DNA from: a virus
Lineage: Duplodnaviria > Caudoviricetes
Strand: one strand, 5' to 3'
IMG/VR virus record: IMGVR_UViG_3300036781_000147
Coordinates: 1 to 52,803 of that record
Length of the DNA: 52,803 nucleotides
In this document: positions 17,475 to 27,561 of the stretch, one piece after another
Numbering within the stretch: position 1 is the stretch's first letter
How the letters are laid out: the number at the start of each line of letters is the position of its first letter
Notes under the pieces: generated by a model
Seen by the model: the letters and a program-made list of their open reading frames with translations, nothing else
Databases searched by the model: none
Told to the model about the DNA's origin: nothing
Position numbers and translations under genes: made by a program

Positions 17475-20400
17475 TGACACCCGAGGAAGCAGACCAGGCA
17501 CTGAGGGACAATGAGGCGTCCCTCCATGACTTGATCGCGCCCGCCCTGAACCAGACGGCAGACGACTTCGTGGACGCCCTGGACGACGCGACAGAGATCG
17601 TCGCTGCCCGCTACTCCGTCAGCTCCATTCGGAGCCTGTGGAACCGCCACGTGCCCTCCCTGATGGACCGCATTCGCACGCAAGGGAGCGACGCCGGGAC
17701 CCGGCAGGCGGCTGCCCTGGACGCTGAGCTGCCGGACGGCTGGGATGACGAACTGGCCGATGTGCTCGCCCAGACGGAACAGCTTCTCAGCGACGTCGGG
17801 GACGACCTGAGCCGGGAGGCGAACCGGGTACTGGCTGAGGGGCTGAACGAGGGGGACGACGTCGACCAGCTGCGGGAGCGGCTCAAAGCCGCGTTCGCCA
17901 CGGATGGCCCCTACCTGGGCCCCGGGAGGGCAGACCGCATCGCGGCAACGGAAGCCACCCGTGCATGGAACAGCGCCTCCCTCGCTGCTGCACGGGCACT
18001 GACGGGCCCCGAGCGGCCTCTCGTCAAGCAGTGGGTCTCCCGGCACGACGACCGGGTGCGCGTCGCTCACGCGGACGCTGACGCCCAGCTGCAGCTACTG
18101 GACGACCCCTTCTCCGTGGGTGGGGTCGACATGCTCTACCCGGGAGATCCTGCCGCCCCGGCCGACCTGACGATCAACTGCAGGTGCGTCATGATGGTGC
18201 AGAGTGCATCGACCGAGAGGACTGCCAGCATGGCCGACGGGGACGACTACCAGAGCGATTTGCGGGGCCCGCTTCGGGACTACTGGATTCACGGGGAAGG
18301 GTCTGCCAAGATTGGCTGGGGCACTCCCGGATCGTTCACCCGGTGCGTTGCTGAGCTTGACAAGTATTTCCCCGAAGATCCTGAGGGGCTGTGCGCCAAC
18401 CTCTACCATGAGGCAACCGGTCGGTGGCCCGGCCAGCAGAACGCGACTGAGACGCTTGCCGAGGACGGCGAGGTCATTCCCGTGGGCGGGCCACCCATCG
18501 TTACATGGGGTACTCCAACCCCGGCGGCTCTGGCGTACACCGACCAGCAGACCGGGGATGGCCGCCTGTTCGCTGAAGGGTCCCTCACGTGGGACGACGG
18601 TCCGTGGCCACTCGGGTTCGTGGACAAGGCGACTGAGGGCCACGCGGGCAGTGAACTGGCAGGCGCCATCTACGCCATGCGCATGGAAGGGAACCGGTTG
18701 GCGGCGGCCGGGGTGCTGTACCTCACGCGGGATGCCGGTCTTGAGTCGGCTCAGCTCCTCGCCCAGGGAGCCCCGCTCGGGGTGAGCGTCGATCTGGACA
18801 ACGTCCATGTGGAGTTCGTGGATACACAGGGGCGCATCGACGAGGGAGACCTGCCGGAGGACACGCCGGACCCCGTCACCTACAGGGCCGAGCTGCTCAC
18901 CGCTTCGGTGACCCGGCTGGACGACGGCAGGTGGGTAGTGGAGGGGCGCACGGCATCAGACTGGCGGGCGTCCGGGACGCTGCTCGCCTCGTCGGAGCGG
19001 AGCGAGAACCTCACGTTCGTCACCGACGAGAAGTGTCACGTCCCCGCACCCCACCTGGAGCTGTCCGCTGCTGCTGGGGACGCCGACCCGCTGGGTGGCC
19101 AGGTGCTGGCGGAGCAGGGTCCGAGTGACGTACTGATGCGCATCACCTCTGCTCGGGTGCGTGGCGCCACGCTGGTGACGATCCCCGCCTACGTCGACGC
19201 GTGCATCCACCTGGACAACCCGCAGGACGTTCCCATGCCGGGTGTCCCGGTGGATGCCACAGCCAGCGCCGCTACCAACGATTACGATCGGGTGGTGCGT
19301 CACGTGCGGAAGTCGCTCGTGCCTGTCACCCCTGGGGACGCCGCCCGCTTCCTGGGGTTGCCGGTCCACGTGGTCCGCCGTCACCTGGCCACTGCCGCCA
19401 AGGAAGGGAAGATCATGAGGATTACCCGGGGTACGTACGTCGCCCCTGTCGACGAGATGGCAGCCGCTGCGAGCGGCGCCACAGACCTGCCCATCGCGGG
19501 CCGCGATGTCGAGTGGGACGGACAGGCCGCCCAGACGAACGTGATCAGCTGGGCCGATGGGGACGCGGGCAAGCTGGGACAGGCGTTCTTCTACCACGAG
19601 GACGGCCAGCCGGGAGACAACGCCACTGCGTACAAGCTCGGTTTCGCGGACGTCGTGGACGGCACGCTGACCATCATCCCCCGTGGCGTGTTCGCGGCGG
19701 CTGCCGCCCTGCAGGGCTCCCGTGGCGGGGTAGACATCCCGGCGGACCAGGTCGACGCTGTACGGGCCAAGGTCACGACGGTCTACAACCGTATGGCCGA
19801 CCAGTTCAACGATCCGTCGATCGTGCCTCCGTGGAACCAGTCGGCCGCTGAGACGGACGACATGGACGCCAGCGGGTATGAGGAGATTGAGGAGCTGGCA
19901 GCGTCGGCGTGGGACGCCATGAAGGATCTTCCGCCCATGCCCGCCGCCTGGTTTCGCGAGCCTACGGCGGATGAGCTTCCGGCTGGTGGACCGGGTGTCA
20001 ACTACGCGTCTGGCCGGATCTTCGGCTGGGTGGCTCAGGCGGGTGAGGCACACGCCGGGTACGCGAAGAAAGTGACCATCGAGGGGCTCGGCAAGATCGA
20101 CACGAGCCACTTCCTGAGGCAGCGCTTCGAGCTGGACGACGGCTCCACCGTCAAGGCAGGCGCCTTCACCATGGACGTCGGTCACCACCGCGACGGGGCG
20201 GAGTGCGAGACGTCGGCCTGCCAGTTCGACTCGACACGGACCGTGGCGGGCATCGTCACCGTAGGTATGAACGAGCGGGGGCTCTGGTTCTCCGGCGCCG
20301 CTTCCCCCTGGGTGAGTGAGGTCGACCGCCGGGTCTTCCTCGCCTGCCAGCCGAGCTATCACATGAAGCGGGGGAATGGTGGGCAGTGGCAGCTGCGGGC

Positions 20401-20722
20401 TGTCTTGAGCGTCCCTGTCCCGGGACACTCTTCCCCGCTGACCGCTTCCATGGTCTCCATGGTCGATCGTGCCAACATGGCGCTCACTGCGTCTGCCCGG
20501 CTCACGGAGCTGACCCAGATGGAGGCCGAGGCGCCGCAGGAATCCGCTGCGCCGGAGCTGGACTACACCAAGCTGGCCGATGAGATCGTGGCGTCCATGG
20601 CCCGGGCGGAGCAGCGTAAGGCGGACGAGGCAGCGGAGCTGCAGTCCCTGCTCGAACTGGCGGCCAGCATCGATGATCCCGAGGGATACGATGTAGTTGA
20701 CACCGGAACCAAGGAGGAGTGA
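17471..20722 (+). CDS. MuF-like minor capsid / capsid maturation protease fusion
   Basis: KQWVSRHDDRVRVAH...INCRC (Mu gpF); TGDGRLF, GVSVDLD, GATLVTIPAY protease motifs; extra inserted domains. Confidence 0.85.
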   Translation: MMTPEEADQALRDNEASLHDLIAPALNQTADDFVDALDDATEIVAARYSVSSIRSLWNRHVPSLMDRIRTQGSDAGTRQAAALDAELPDGWDDELADVLAQTEQLLSDVGDDLSREANRVLAEGLNEGDDVDQLRERLKAAFATDGPYLGPGRADRIAATEATRAWNSASLAAARALTGPERPLVKQWVSRHDDRVRVAHADADAQLQLLDDPFSVGGVDMLYPGDPAAPADLTINCRCVMMVQSASTERTASMADGDDYQSDLRGPLRDYWIHGEGSAKIGWGTPGSFTRCVAELDKYFPEDPEGLCANLYHEATGRWPGQQNATETLAEDGEVIPVGGPPIVTWGTPTPAALAYTDQQTGDGRLFAEGSLTWDDGPWPLGFVDKATEGHAGSELAGAIYAMRMEGNRLAAAGVLYLTRDAGLESAQLLAQGAPLGVSVDLDNVHVEFVDTQGRIDEGDLPEDTPDPVTYRAELLTASVTRLDDGRWVVEGRTASDWRASGTLLASSERSENLTFVTDEKCHVPAPHLELSAAAGDADPLGGQVLAEQGPSDVLMRITSARVRGATLVTIPAYVDACIHLDNPQDVPMPGVPVDATASAATNDYDRVVRHVRKSLVPVTPGDAARFLGLPVHVVRRHLATAAKEGKIMRITRGTYVAPVDEMAAAASGATDLPIAGRDVEWDGQAAQTNVISWADGDAGKLGQAFFYHEDGQPGDNATAYKLGFADVVDGTLTIIPRGVFAAAAALQGSRGGVDIPADQVDAVRAKVTTVYNRMADQFNDPSIVPPWNQSAAETDDMDASGYEEIEELAASAWDAMKDLPPMPAAWFREPTADELPAGGPGVNYASGRIFGWVAQAGEAHAGYAKKVTIEGLGKIDTSHFLRQRFELDDGSTVKAGAFTMDVGHHRDGAECETSACQFDSTRTVAGIVTVGMNERGLWFSGAASPWVSEVDRRVFLACQPSYHMKRGNGGQWQLRAVLSVPVPGHSSPLTASMVSMVDRANMALTASARLTELTQMEAEAPQESAAPELDYTKLADEIVASMARAEQRKADEAAELQSLLELAASIDDPEGYDVVDTGTKEE

Positions 20723-20726
20723 CCAC

Positions 20727-20918
20727 GTGGCGTGTGCATGCAAGGGCCGTAACGCGGCCGGGGCCCGGTCTGCGTCCGTACGTCAGCCGGTCGGTACATA
20801 CCGGGTGACGGTCAACGGCCGTCAAGTGTATGAGTCGACCAGCGAGGCGGCGGCCCGGGAGGTGGCGAGCGGGTTCAACAACCCGACGATCCTGGCCCCA
20901 GGCGAACAGGCAGCTTGA
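20727..20918 (+). CDS. Small conserved virion-region protein (MACACK)
   Basis: GGAGGAG RBS; MACAC start typical between protease and capsid genes. Confidence 0.75.
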   Translation: MACACKGRNAAGARSASVRQPVGTYRVTVNGRQVYESTSEAAAREVASGFNNPTILAPGEQAA

Positions 20919-20972
20919 CAATCCTGGATTGACCCGTCCTTCATCGGCGCTATCATGGTCGTACATGACGTG

Positions 20973-20988
20973 CTGGCGGTAGGCCGGG
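20973..20988 (+). promoter_or_regulatory. Late-leader motif CTGGYGGTAGGCCGGG copy 1
   Basis: Also at 25808 and 30500. Confidence 0.75.
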
Positions 20989-21022
20989 TCAATCCTCTAC
21001 CCAGAGAAATGGACTAGCACGC

Positions 21023-22717
21023 ATGGCACACTACAAGCTTCCTGAGAGCGTTACTGCTCTGTCGGATGACGAGCTGGTTGAGAACCTTCAGGCAGCCGTC
21101 CGGTCCTTCAGCGCCACCTCCAAGGCCGACGTCGTCGGTCCCGACACGCTGCCCGCTCTGCGTGAGCTGAAGGCCGCGATCGAGACTCTCAAGGAAGAGC
21201 AGACCTCTCGCACTGAGGCGGCCGAGGCTGCCGCCAACGAGATCGACAAGCTCACCGCTGAGGTGTTCGGGGAGGACGAGACCACCGAGGAGAGAAGCGA
21301 GGGGAAGGCGCCTGAGGCGGCGGAGTCGGCCACTGAGGTTGTCGCGCCGACCGCCGTCCAGACCGCCGACGAGGTAGCCGCGTCCGCCGGGATCAACGTC
21401 CGCCGCTCCACGCTCAACCTGGCAGCCGTACGTGCCCGCCAGTCCCAGGCGTCCCAGTCGCTGAGCAAGTACCTGGCACCGGAGACCCCGGACGGTATTG
21501 AGATTGTCGCGTCCGTCGACGTCCCTGGCTTCCGTCCCGGTCAGGAGTTCAGCCTGTCCGAGGTGACTGAGGGCGTCATGCGGCGCGCGTCGTCGCTGCA
21601 GACCGCTGGCGGTGGAACGGGCCTCGTCGCGTCCTACCGCCTGCCGTTCCCGGCAGAGCTTCAGGTCAACGACTCCTCGTCGGCGCCCGAGGGCAGCCTT
21701 GCGGTGATGAAGGCGGCCGACCAGCGGCGCCTTCCCGGCAACGGCGACCTTGTCGCGTCGGGCGGCTGGTGTGCTCCGTCCGAAACGGTCTACGCGATCA
21801 CTGACATCGCGTGCCCCGACATGCTGTGGGACCTCCCGGAGATCCAGCTCACGCGTGGTGGCCTGAGGTTCTTCCGCACCCCGGCCCTGGACGTCAACGC
21901 CCTGACGTGGATTCACACGGAACAGGACGACATCGCAGGCAACACCAAGCCGTGTTTCACCATCCCCTGCCCGGACCCGATCGACACGCGGGCTCAGGCT
22001 CAGGGTGTCTGCCTTGAGTCGGGCATCCTCACGCAGCGGTTCTTCCCTGAGCTCATCGACTGGTACGTCCGCAACTCCATGGTCGCCCATGAGATTCGGC
22101 TCAAGACGGCCATGTACGACCAGGCCCGTACGGCTGCCACAGCGGTCACCATGCCCGCCACGTTCGCTTCCTTCTCCGCCGTGTTCGATGCGGTGGCGCT
22201 GCAGGCGGCGGACATGATCGAGCGCTACAACCTGTGTGACTCGACTCAGCTCGAAGTCGTCTTCCCCTGGTGGGTGCGGAACATGTTCCTCGCGGACATC
22301 GCCCGTCACGAGGACGTCAGCCCGACGGAGCTGGACCCGGCTGTCATCACCGCCGCGTTCGCCCGCCTGGGTGTCTCGGTGCAGTTCGCTCGTGGTCTCG
22401 CCCCGGCGGTCGGTACCGACATCGGTGACGCCACCCCGGCCACCGTGTGGCCCGCCACGGTTGAGTTCATGATCTACCCGTCCGGCAACTTCCAGCTGGC
22501 GCGCGGCCCGGAGATCAACCTCGGTGTCATCATCGACTCCGTCACCGTGGCGACCAACGATCAGAAGATGTTCTCTGAGGAAGCGGTCGCGCTCATCGAC
22601 CGTCTTGGTCTCGCCCGCGTCGTCACCGTCCCGGTCTGTGCTGACGGTTCAGTCGGTGCTCGCACCACGTACACCTGCACCGCTCCTGAGGACGAAGGTG
22701 GTACCGGCGGCGCGTGA
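21023..22717 (+). CDS. Major capsid protein (with N-terminal scaffold-like region)
   Basis: LVASGGWCAPSETVY...LPEIQLTRGGL motif; acidic coiled-coil N-terminus. Confidence 0.92.
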   Translation: MAHYKLPESVTALSDDELVENLQAAVRSFSATSKADVVGPDTLPALRELKAAIETLKEEQTSRTEAAEAAANEIDKLTAEVFGEDETTEERSEGKAPEAAESATEVVAPTAVQTADEVAASAGINVRRSTLNLAAVRARQSQASQSLSKYLAPETPDGIEIVASVDVPGFRPGQEFSLSEVTEGVMRRASSLQTAGGGTGLVASYRLPFPAELQVNDSSSAPEGSLAVMKAADQRRLPGNGDLVASGGWCAPSETVYAITDIACPDMLWDLPEIQLTRGGLRFFRTPALDVNALTWIHTEQDDIAGNTKPCFTIPCPDPIDTRAQAQGVCLESGILTQRFFPELIDWYVRNSMVAHEIRLKTAMYDQARTAATAVTMPATFASFSAVFDAVALQAADMIERYNLCDSTQLEVVFPWWVRNMFLADIARHEDVSPTELDPAVITAAFARLGVSVQFARGLAPAVGTDIGDATPATVWPATVEFMIYPSGNFQLARGPEINLGVIIDSVTVATNDQKMFSEEAVALIDRLGLARVVTVPVCADGSVGARTTYTCTAPEDEGGTGGA

Positions 22718-22741
22718 TCTGCTCCGCAACACTGGGTAGGT

Positions 22742-22774
22742 AGAGACCCGTCCGCTACGGCGGGCGGGTCTCTC
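22742..22774 (+). terminator. Terminator after major capsid gene
   Basis: AGAGACCCG(T/C)CCG stem-loop. Confidence 0.65.
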
Positions 22775-22829
22775 GCCGTTCCTGGCCCATAGACTTGGGC
22801 CGACACCACCTACACGAGAGGCGGACACT

Positions 22830-23678
22830 GTGCCCGCAACCGGACTGAGGGCACTCGTTGCCCCGATCGTCAGTGAGCCGTCCCCGCACGGCTTGCTTGG
22901 CGGCTGCATCGACGTGGTGCAGGCCGCCGACGTCCATGAGCTGAACGGCACCGACATGATGTCTCTGTCGTGCTCAGGGGCAAACATCTGGCAGGACTGC
23001 CCAGACCCTGCCTTCCCCAACCCGGACACCAAGGTGTTCGAGCGTCCCGACACATGCTCGTTCGAGCCGATCACTGTCTACGCGGGCGTGACCTGTTCGA
23101 CGTTCGGCCTCACCTTTGAGGAGGGGCAGAGCCGGGCCATGGACCAGCTGGCCATGGGTGAGCAGCGGGCGCTCGAAGGGTTCTTCCTGACCCGCTTCCT
23201 CCAGCCCACGGTCGACACCAATAGCACCGACCTCACCCCGGCGGCAGGGGCTCTGTCGGTCGCTCAGGGGGTGGCGGTGCTGGAGATGTGGCTCGCTGCC
23301 AACTTCGGCGGTGCTGGCGTCCTGCACGCACCTGCGGGCCTGGGAGCGCTGCTCTCGTACTTCCAGACGGTCGACTTCGTTACGGCCGCCACGCCGCACC
23401 CGACGACGCTGGCGGGCAACTGCGTCATCCTCGGTGCCGGGTACGACCCGTCGACGGGGCCGGACGGGACGACGGCCACTGCAGCTGGCGAGACGTGGAT
23501 CTACATCACCCCGGCCATGAGGATTCGTCGTGACCTGCCGTTCCTGCCCGTCACGAACGAGGGGTCGTCGCTGCGCTCGGTGACCAACGACCGGTTCGCA
23601 CTCGCGGAGACGACGTTCACCCCCGAGGTCTCGTGCTGCATCGCGGCGGCGGTGCGTGTCTCCCTGGCGGCATGTTGA
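22830..23678 (+). CDS. Second capsid protein (minor capsid / pentamer-type)
   Basis: Synteny; PHGLL, FEPITVYAG, EQRALE, GVLHAP, GAGYD motifs. Confidence 0.7.
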   Translation: MPATGLRALVAPIVSEPSPHGLLGGCIDVVQAADVHELNGTDMMSLSCSGANIWQDCPDPAFPNPDTKVFERPDTCSFEPITVYAGVTCSTFGLTFEEGQSRAMDQLAMGEQRALEGFFLTRFLQPTVDTNSTDLTPAAGALSVAQGVAVLEMWLAANFGGAGVLHAPAGLGALLSYFQTVDFVTAATPHPTTLAGNCVILGAGYDPSTGPDGTTATAAGETWIYITPAMRIRRDLPFLPVTNEGSSLRSVTNDRFALAETTFTPEVSCCIAAAVRVSLAAC

Positions 23679-24010
23679 TGAGCATCCTTCACGTGCACGT
23701 GGAACCGGCCAGGGGGCAGCGCCGCGACTTCGCCCGCTGGTGCCTGGCTCAGACACCCCAGCTGCACACGGCATCGTCCACGGGGACGAACGTCCCGGTC
23801 GCCCTGTACCCGAGCGTGCCGCCTGAGCTACTGGCGGGCGCGTACGTGGACGGCTACCTCATCCCCGAGGTAGTTCCCCAGTCTGCTTCTCCCGAGCCCG
23901 CAGAGGGCAGCACAGCGGTTCCTGACGCCGACCCCGCACAGAGCGTGTCTGTCACCAAGGCTCCTCGCAAGCGGGCTGCAAGGAAGACCATCCCGAAGGA
24001 AGAGTCATGA
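23678..24010 (+). CDS. Hypothetical virion-region protein
   Basis: TGATG coupling; PRKRAARK C-terminus. Confidence 0.75.
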   Translation: MSILHVHVEPARGQRRDFARWCLAQTPQLHTASSTGTNVPVALYPSVPPELLAGAYVDGYLIPEVVPQSASPEPAEGSTAVPDADPAQSVSVTKAPRKRAARKTIPKEES

Positions 24011-24597
24011 CCTCACCCGTCGACCCTGGATTCGACCCTCAGCCGTGCAGCACTGGAGGTGGGGGCGGAGAGGTCACCATCGGTGACCAGCCGATCGACG
24101 TCAACGTCGTCTCGGGTGGAGGTGGCGGAGGTGACGTGACCGTAGTCAACGACTCAGACAACCCGATTCCGGTTACCGGCACCGTCACAGCCACTGTGCC
24201 CAACCCGCTCCCGGTAAGCGGCACCGTGACGGCGAACGTGCCGAACCCCCTACCCGTCACCGGTACCGTCACGGCCACAGTCCCGAACCCGCTGCCAGTC
24301 ACGGTCAACGGAACGGTGACAGCCGTCATCGACACGGCGTCCCCGAGCCTGATCACTTCCACGTTCGAGTATTCGGATGCGGAGGGAACCGTCGTGGTGG
24401 ACCAGGGCGCTCGGTCGGTGACGGCCTACGTGATGACCGGTCCGGTGAGCCTCGACATCAGTGGAACCGCATCGACCATTCCGACAGGCATGACCGTCAC
24501 GTGGAGCGTGGAGGACCCGTCCGAGGAACTGACCGACGTGTTCACGTTCTCGAATGCGGGAACGGCCGTTTTCGGTGTAGCGACAACCAGGGGCTAA
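24007..24597 (+). CDS. Structural protein with 14-aa repeats
   Basis: (P/D)NP(L/I)PV(T/S)GTVTA(T/N)V x4. Confidence 0.8.
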   Translation: MTSPVDPGFDPQPCSTGGGGGEVTIGDQPIDVNVVSGGGGGGDVTVVNDSDNPIPVTGTVTATVPNPLPVSGTVTANVPNPLPVTGTVTATVPNPLPVTVNGTVTAVIDTASPSLITSTFEYSDAEGTVVVDQGARSVTAYVMTGPVSLDISGTASTIPTGMTVTWSVEDPSEELTDVFTFSNAGTAVFGVATTRG

Positions 24598-24669
24598 CCC
24601 GGAGTAACAGCCTACGATGGACAGAGGTGGGGCATATGCCCCACCTCTGATCTGTTTGTGGGGGCGAGC

Positions 24670-25353
24670 ATGACCGCTCGTGGCTTCATCGTCACGTCCA
24701 TACCGAACAACCTCCTCTTGCCGGACCCGGTGACTCAGCTGAACCGGCAGTACACGCTCAACGTGCCAGGCGCACCGTTCAACGTCAACGACGACCCGGT
24801 CACCTGGACTGCAGTCGGACCCAGCTCCACTCCGTTCGTGGACCTGGACGGCAACGTCGTCTCGTCGCTGACGGTCGACGCAACACAGTCCATCTGGATC
24901 ATCTCTGACGGGGTCCACTGGGTGTCTCAGCCTGCACCCACGGGTGGGACGCGCACAGTAGGGCCTACAGGTCCTGCTGGACCGACAGGAGCGACGGGCG
25001 CCACCGGTCCAGCCGGACCGCAGGGTCCTCAGGGCGAACAGGGAGCGACCGGAGCGCAGGGACCGTCAGGTATCAGCCGGTCCTTTTGGGCGGGCACAGG
25101 AGTTACAGACGTGAGTGGGAATGTCACGTTCACCTTTCCCACGCCGTTCGCGTCGGTGCCCGTGGTGGCTCACTCGCTGCAGACCACGCTCGATGACACG
25201 ACCGAGTGCAAGGTGACATCCGTCTCGGCAACCTCGGTGACCTACAACGCGCGCCGGTCTCCCGCCGTGACGCTGCTCGGGATCTCCATCCTGTCCGCCC
25301 CTCAGGCAGCAGTAGGCGTGACGGTCAACGTCATCGCCACTGTGGCTGGGTAG
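24670..25353 (+). CDS. Collagen-like fibre protein with C-terminal receptor/lectin-like domain
   Basis: 12 G-X-Y triplets (24961-25068); VTFTFPTPFASVPVV motif. Confidence 0.8.
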   Translation: MTARGFIVTSIPNNLLLPDPVTQLNRQYTLNVPGAPFNVNDDPVTWTAVGPSSTPFVDLDGNVVSSLTVDATQSIWIISDGVHWVSQPAPTGGTRTVGPTGPAGPTGATGATGPAGPQGPQGEQGATGAQGPSGISRSFWAGTGVTDVSGNVTFTFPTPFASVPVVAHSLQTTLDDTTECKVTSVSATSVTYNARRSPAVTLLGISILSAPQAAVGVTVNVIATVAG

Positions 25354-25433
25354 CTGCATGCGTGTGGCCCGGCGGCTTCCACGTAGGTGGAGATCGCCGG
25401 GCCACTGAAGGGTTGTTCGAACCCAGTGAGACC

Positions 25434-25721
25434 TTACCACTTCCAGCGGGCTGCAACGCGTGACTTGGCCCACATGGCGTACAGGATGTTCCCAATACCG
25501 CCCGTGGTAAGGGCGAGGAGGGCGTGGACCTTCACCGACTGGCGCCGCACCTGGTAGTTGTAGCCGTAGCCCTGGGGGCTCACAGGTTGTACGGGCGCCA
25601 TAGGAGGGGTGGTACCTGTAGGAACGGCGTAGTACTTCCCGTCCGGGTACAGAGCCCACTGCACGTTGGGGTTTGCCGTCCGCTCAGTGGCGGGCGTCCA
25701 GTCGATCCGTGGCGAAGTCAT
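25434..25721 (-). CDS. Antisense membrane protein (moron)
   Basis: DW..A...PNVQW..DGKYY, Pro-rich linker, HALLALTTGGIGNILY TM. Confidence 0.7.
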   Translation of the reverse strand: MTSPRIDWTPATERTANPNVQWALYPDGKYYAVPTGTTPPMAPVQPVSPQGYGYNYQVRRQSVKVHALLALTTGGIGNILYAMWAKSRVAARWKW

Positions 25722-25807
25722 GCCACCAGTATGCACCCACCCCAGGGCATGCGGCGCATGATACCCCGTCGCGTATGCTAAGGAGTGCCCAGATAGGGCA
25801 CGTGTCG

Positions 25808-25823
25808 CTGGTGGTAGGCCGGG
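25808..25823 (+). promoter_or_regulatory. Late-leader motif copy 2
   Basis: CTGGTGGTAGGCCGGG upstream of major tail gene. Confidence 0.75.
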
Positions 25824-25851
25824 CAGCAAGAGGAACCGGGGAAGGATTCCT

Positions 25852-26613
25852 ATGAGCTGTCTGCTCGTTGCTGGCCCGTCAACTATCCGGGTCACCCTGC
25901 TTGACGGGTGCGGCGCCCCCGTCGTCGGGGATGAGAACGCGTTCGTTGCGTCGTGCTTCACCTCCATCGCCATGAACTCCGACACAGACACCGTGGACGA
26001 CACGATCTACCGGGACGGCACCGGGTCCGTCTGTGCGATCAAGCGAGGCTGCACTACGCTGCTCGGCTACACCGTGGAAGCCAACCTCAACGGTGTCACC
26101 CCGGGCCTGGTGTCCCTGATGACGGGCAACCCGGTCGTCGCGGGTACGGACGGAGAAGCTATCGGCTACGACGACTGTGCGATCCAGTGCAACCACGGCT
26201 TTGCCCTGGAGGTCTGGAACGAGGTCATCGGTGACGCGTGTGCGGACGGTGAGGTCACGTACATGTACACGCTCCTGCCGTGGGTCACGGGCGGATATGT
26301 CACGGACCTTGAGCTCGGCACCGATGCCCTCGCCTTCCAGGTGACGGGCACCACGCGTGCCGGGGGCAACTGGGGTGTCGGCCCGTGGAACGTGCAGGGC
26401 GACCCGGCCGCGCCGATGCTCACCCCGCTGGGTGCGTCCTGCCACCGCAGGATCATGTCCACCAACGTCGCGCCGCCCGAGGCATCGTGTGACCCGGTGG
26501 AGGTCCCGGCTCCGACCGGTGGCGGTGAGGGCCTCGTGGCCAACACGTTCGCCAAGACGACCGGGGGCACCAAGACGGCTGACGTCAAGGAGCCTGCAAC
26601 GTCTGCTGCGTAG
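25852..26613 (+). CDS. Major tail protein
   Basis: IRVTLLDGCGAP, FALEVW, YTLLPW, NWGVGPWNV motifs; synteny. Confidence 0.85.
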   Translation: MSCLLVAGPSTIRVTLLDGCGAPVVGDENAFVASCFTSIAMNSDTDTVDDTIYRDGTGSVCAIKRGCTTLLGYTVEANLNGVTPGLVSLMTGNPVVAGTDGEAIGYDDCAIQCNHGFALEVWNEVIGDACADGEVTYMYTLLPWVTGGYVTDLELGTDALAFQVTGTTRAGGNWGVGPWNVQGDPAAPMLTPLGASCHRRIMSTNVAPPEASCDPVEVPAPTGGGEGLVANTFAKTTGGTKTADVKEPATSAA

Positions 26614-26711
26614 TCCCGCAACGCCTGCCCACCCGTGCAACAGGGTCCCGCAACGACTGTTGCGGGACCCTGTTCGTACCTGCATCACCTGCAACAGAGA
26701 GGGAACCGACC

Positions 26712-27557
26712 ATGTCACTGACTGCCGGGACGTGTGACCCGTGGCCCGTGGACGAGACGTGCATGAAGCTGCCCGCCGGGACTGACCCGGCCACGATCAC
26801 CAAGTGGTCCCAGGTGGCTACCGACTATCTATTCATGATGACGGGGCGGCGCATCGGCCCGTCCTGCCCGTCCACGGTGAGGCCCTGTCGCAAGCAGTGC
26901 TGGGACGCCTGGGCGCCGCTGTTCGGCATCTGGCCCGCCGGGTACAACGGCTCCCCGTGGATTCCTTACGTGGACACCAGTGGCCAGATGCGCAACGCGT
27001 CGCTGTGCGGGTGTGGTCCACGAGGCTGCCACTGCGGGGGCGAGCTGTGCGAGATCGAACTGTCCGGCCCCGTCTACGACGTCATCGAGGTGAAGGTCGA
27101 CGGGGTGGTGCTGGACCCGTCGACGTACAACATCCTGGACGGTCGGTTCCTGGTGCGCCGCACGGACGACGTGGACGACGACGGCAACGGGCTGTGTTGG
27201 CCGACGTGCCAGGACATGAGCCTGCCGGACACGGAGGAAGGTACCTTCAGCGTCACCTACCGCACAGGGCTGGAAGTTCCTCAGCTGGCCGTGCAGGCAG
27301 TCTCCGCACTCACTGCCCACTTCATCAGGGGGTGCGACGGGTGCGGCTGTGGAGCGGGCACACAGCAGAACCTAGCGAGGCTACAGCGCCAGGGAGTAGA
27401 GCTGGACTTCGCCGACCCGACCGTGCTGTTTACGGACGGTAGGACGGGTATTGACATCGTGGACTTCGCGATCAAGGCACTCAACCCGGGTGCGCTCCCC
27501 CGGGCGATGAGGGTGCTCAGCCCTGACAGCCCCCGTCGTCCCCGGCTGTGGGGGTGA
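26712..27557 (+). CDS. Head-to-tail adaptor
   Basis: CDPWP, TGRRIG..TVRPC, WPTCQD, TGIDIVD..INP-type motifs. Confidence 0.8.
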   Translation: MSLTAGTCDPWPVDETCMKLPAGTDPATITKWSQVATDYLFMMTGRRIGPSCPSTVRPCRKQCWDAWAPLFGIWPAGYNGSPWIPYVDTSGQMRNASLCGCGPRGCHCGGELCEIELSGPVYDVIEVKVDGVVLDPSTYNILDGRFLVRRTDDVDDDGNGLCWPTCQDMSLPDTEEGTFSVTYRTGLEVPQLAVQAVSALTAHFIRGCDGCGCGAGTQQNLARLQRQGVELDFADPTVLFTDGRTGIDIVDFAIKALNPGALPRAMRVLSPDSPRRPRLWG

Positions 27558-27561
27558 GGAC

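Noticed and set aside
18956-20743. Long antisense ORFs (also 21014-22309, 30752-32389, 33856-35292, 49363-50487)
   Set aside because: Expected stop-free shadows of high-GC3 genes
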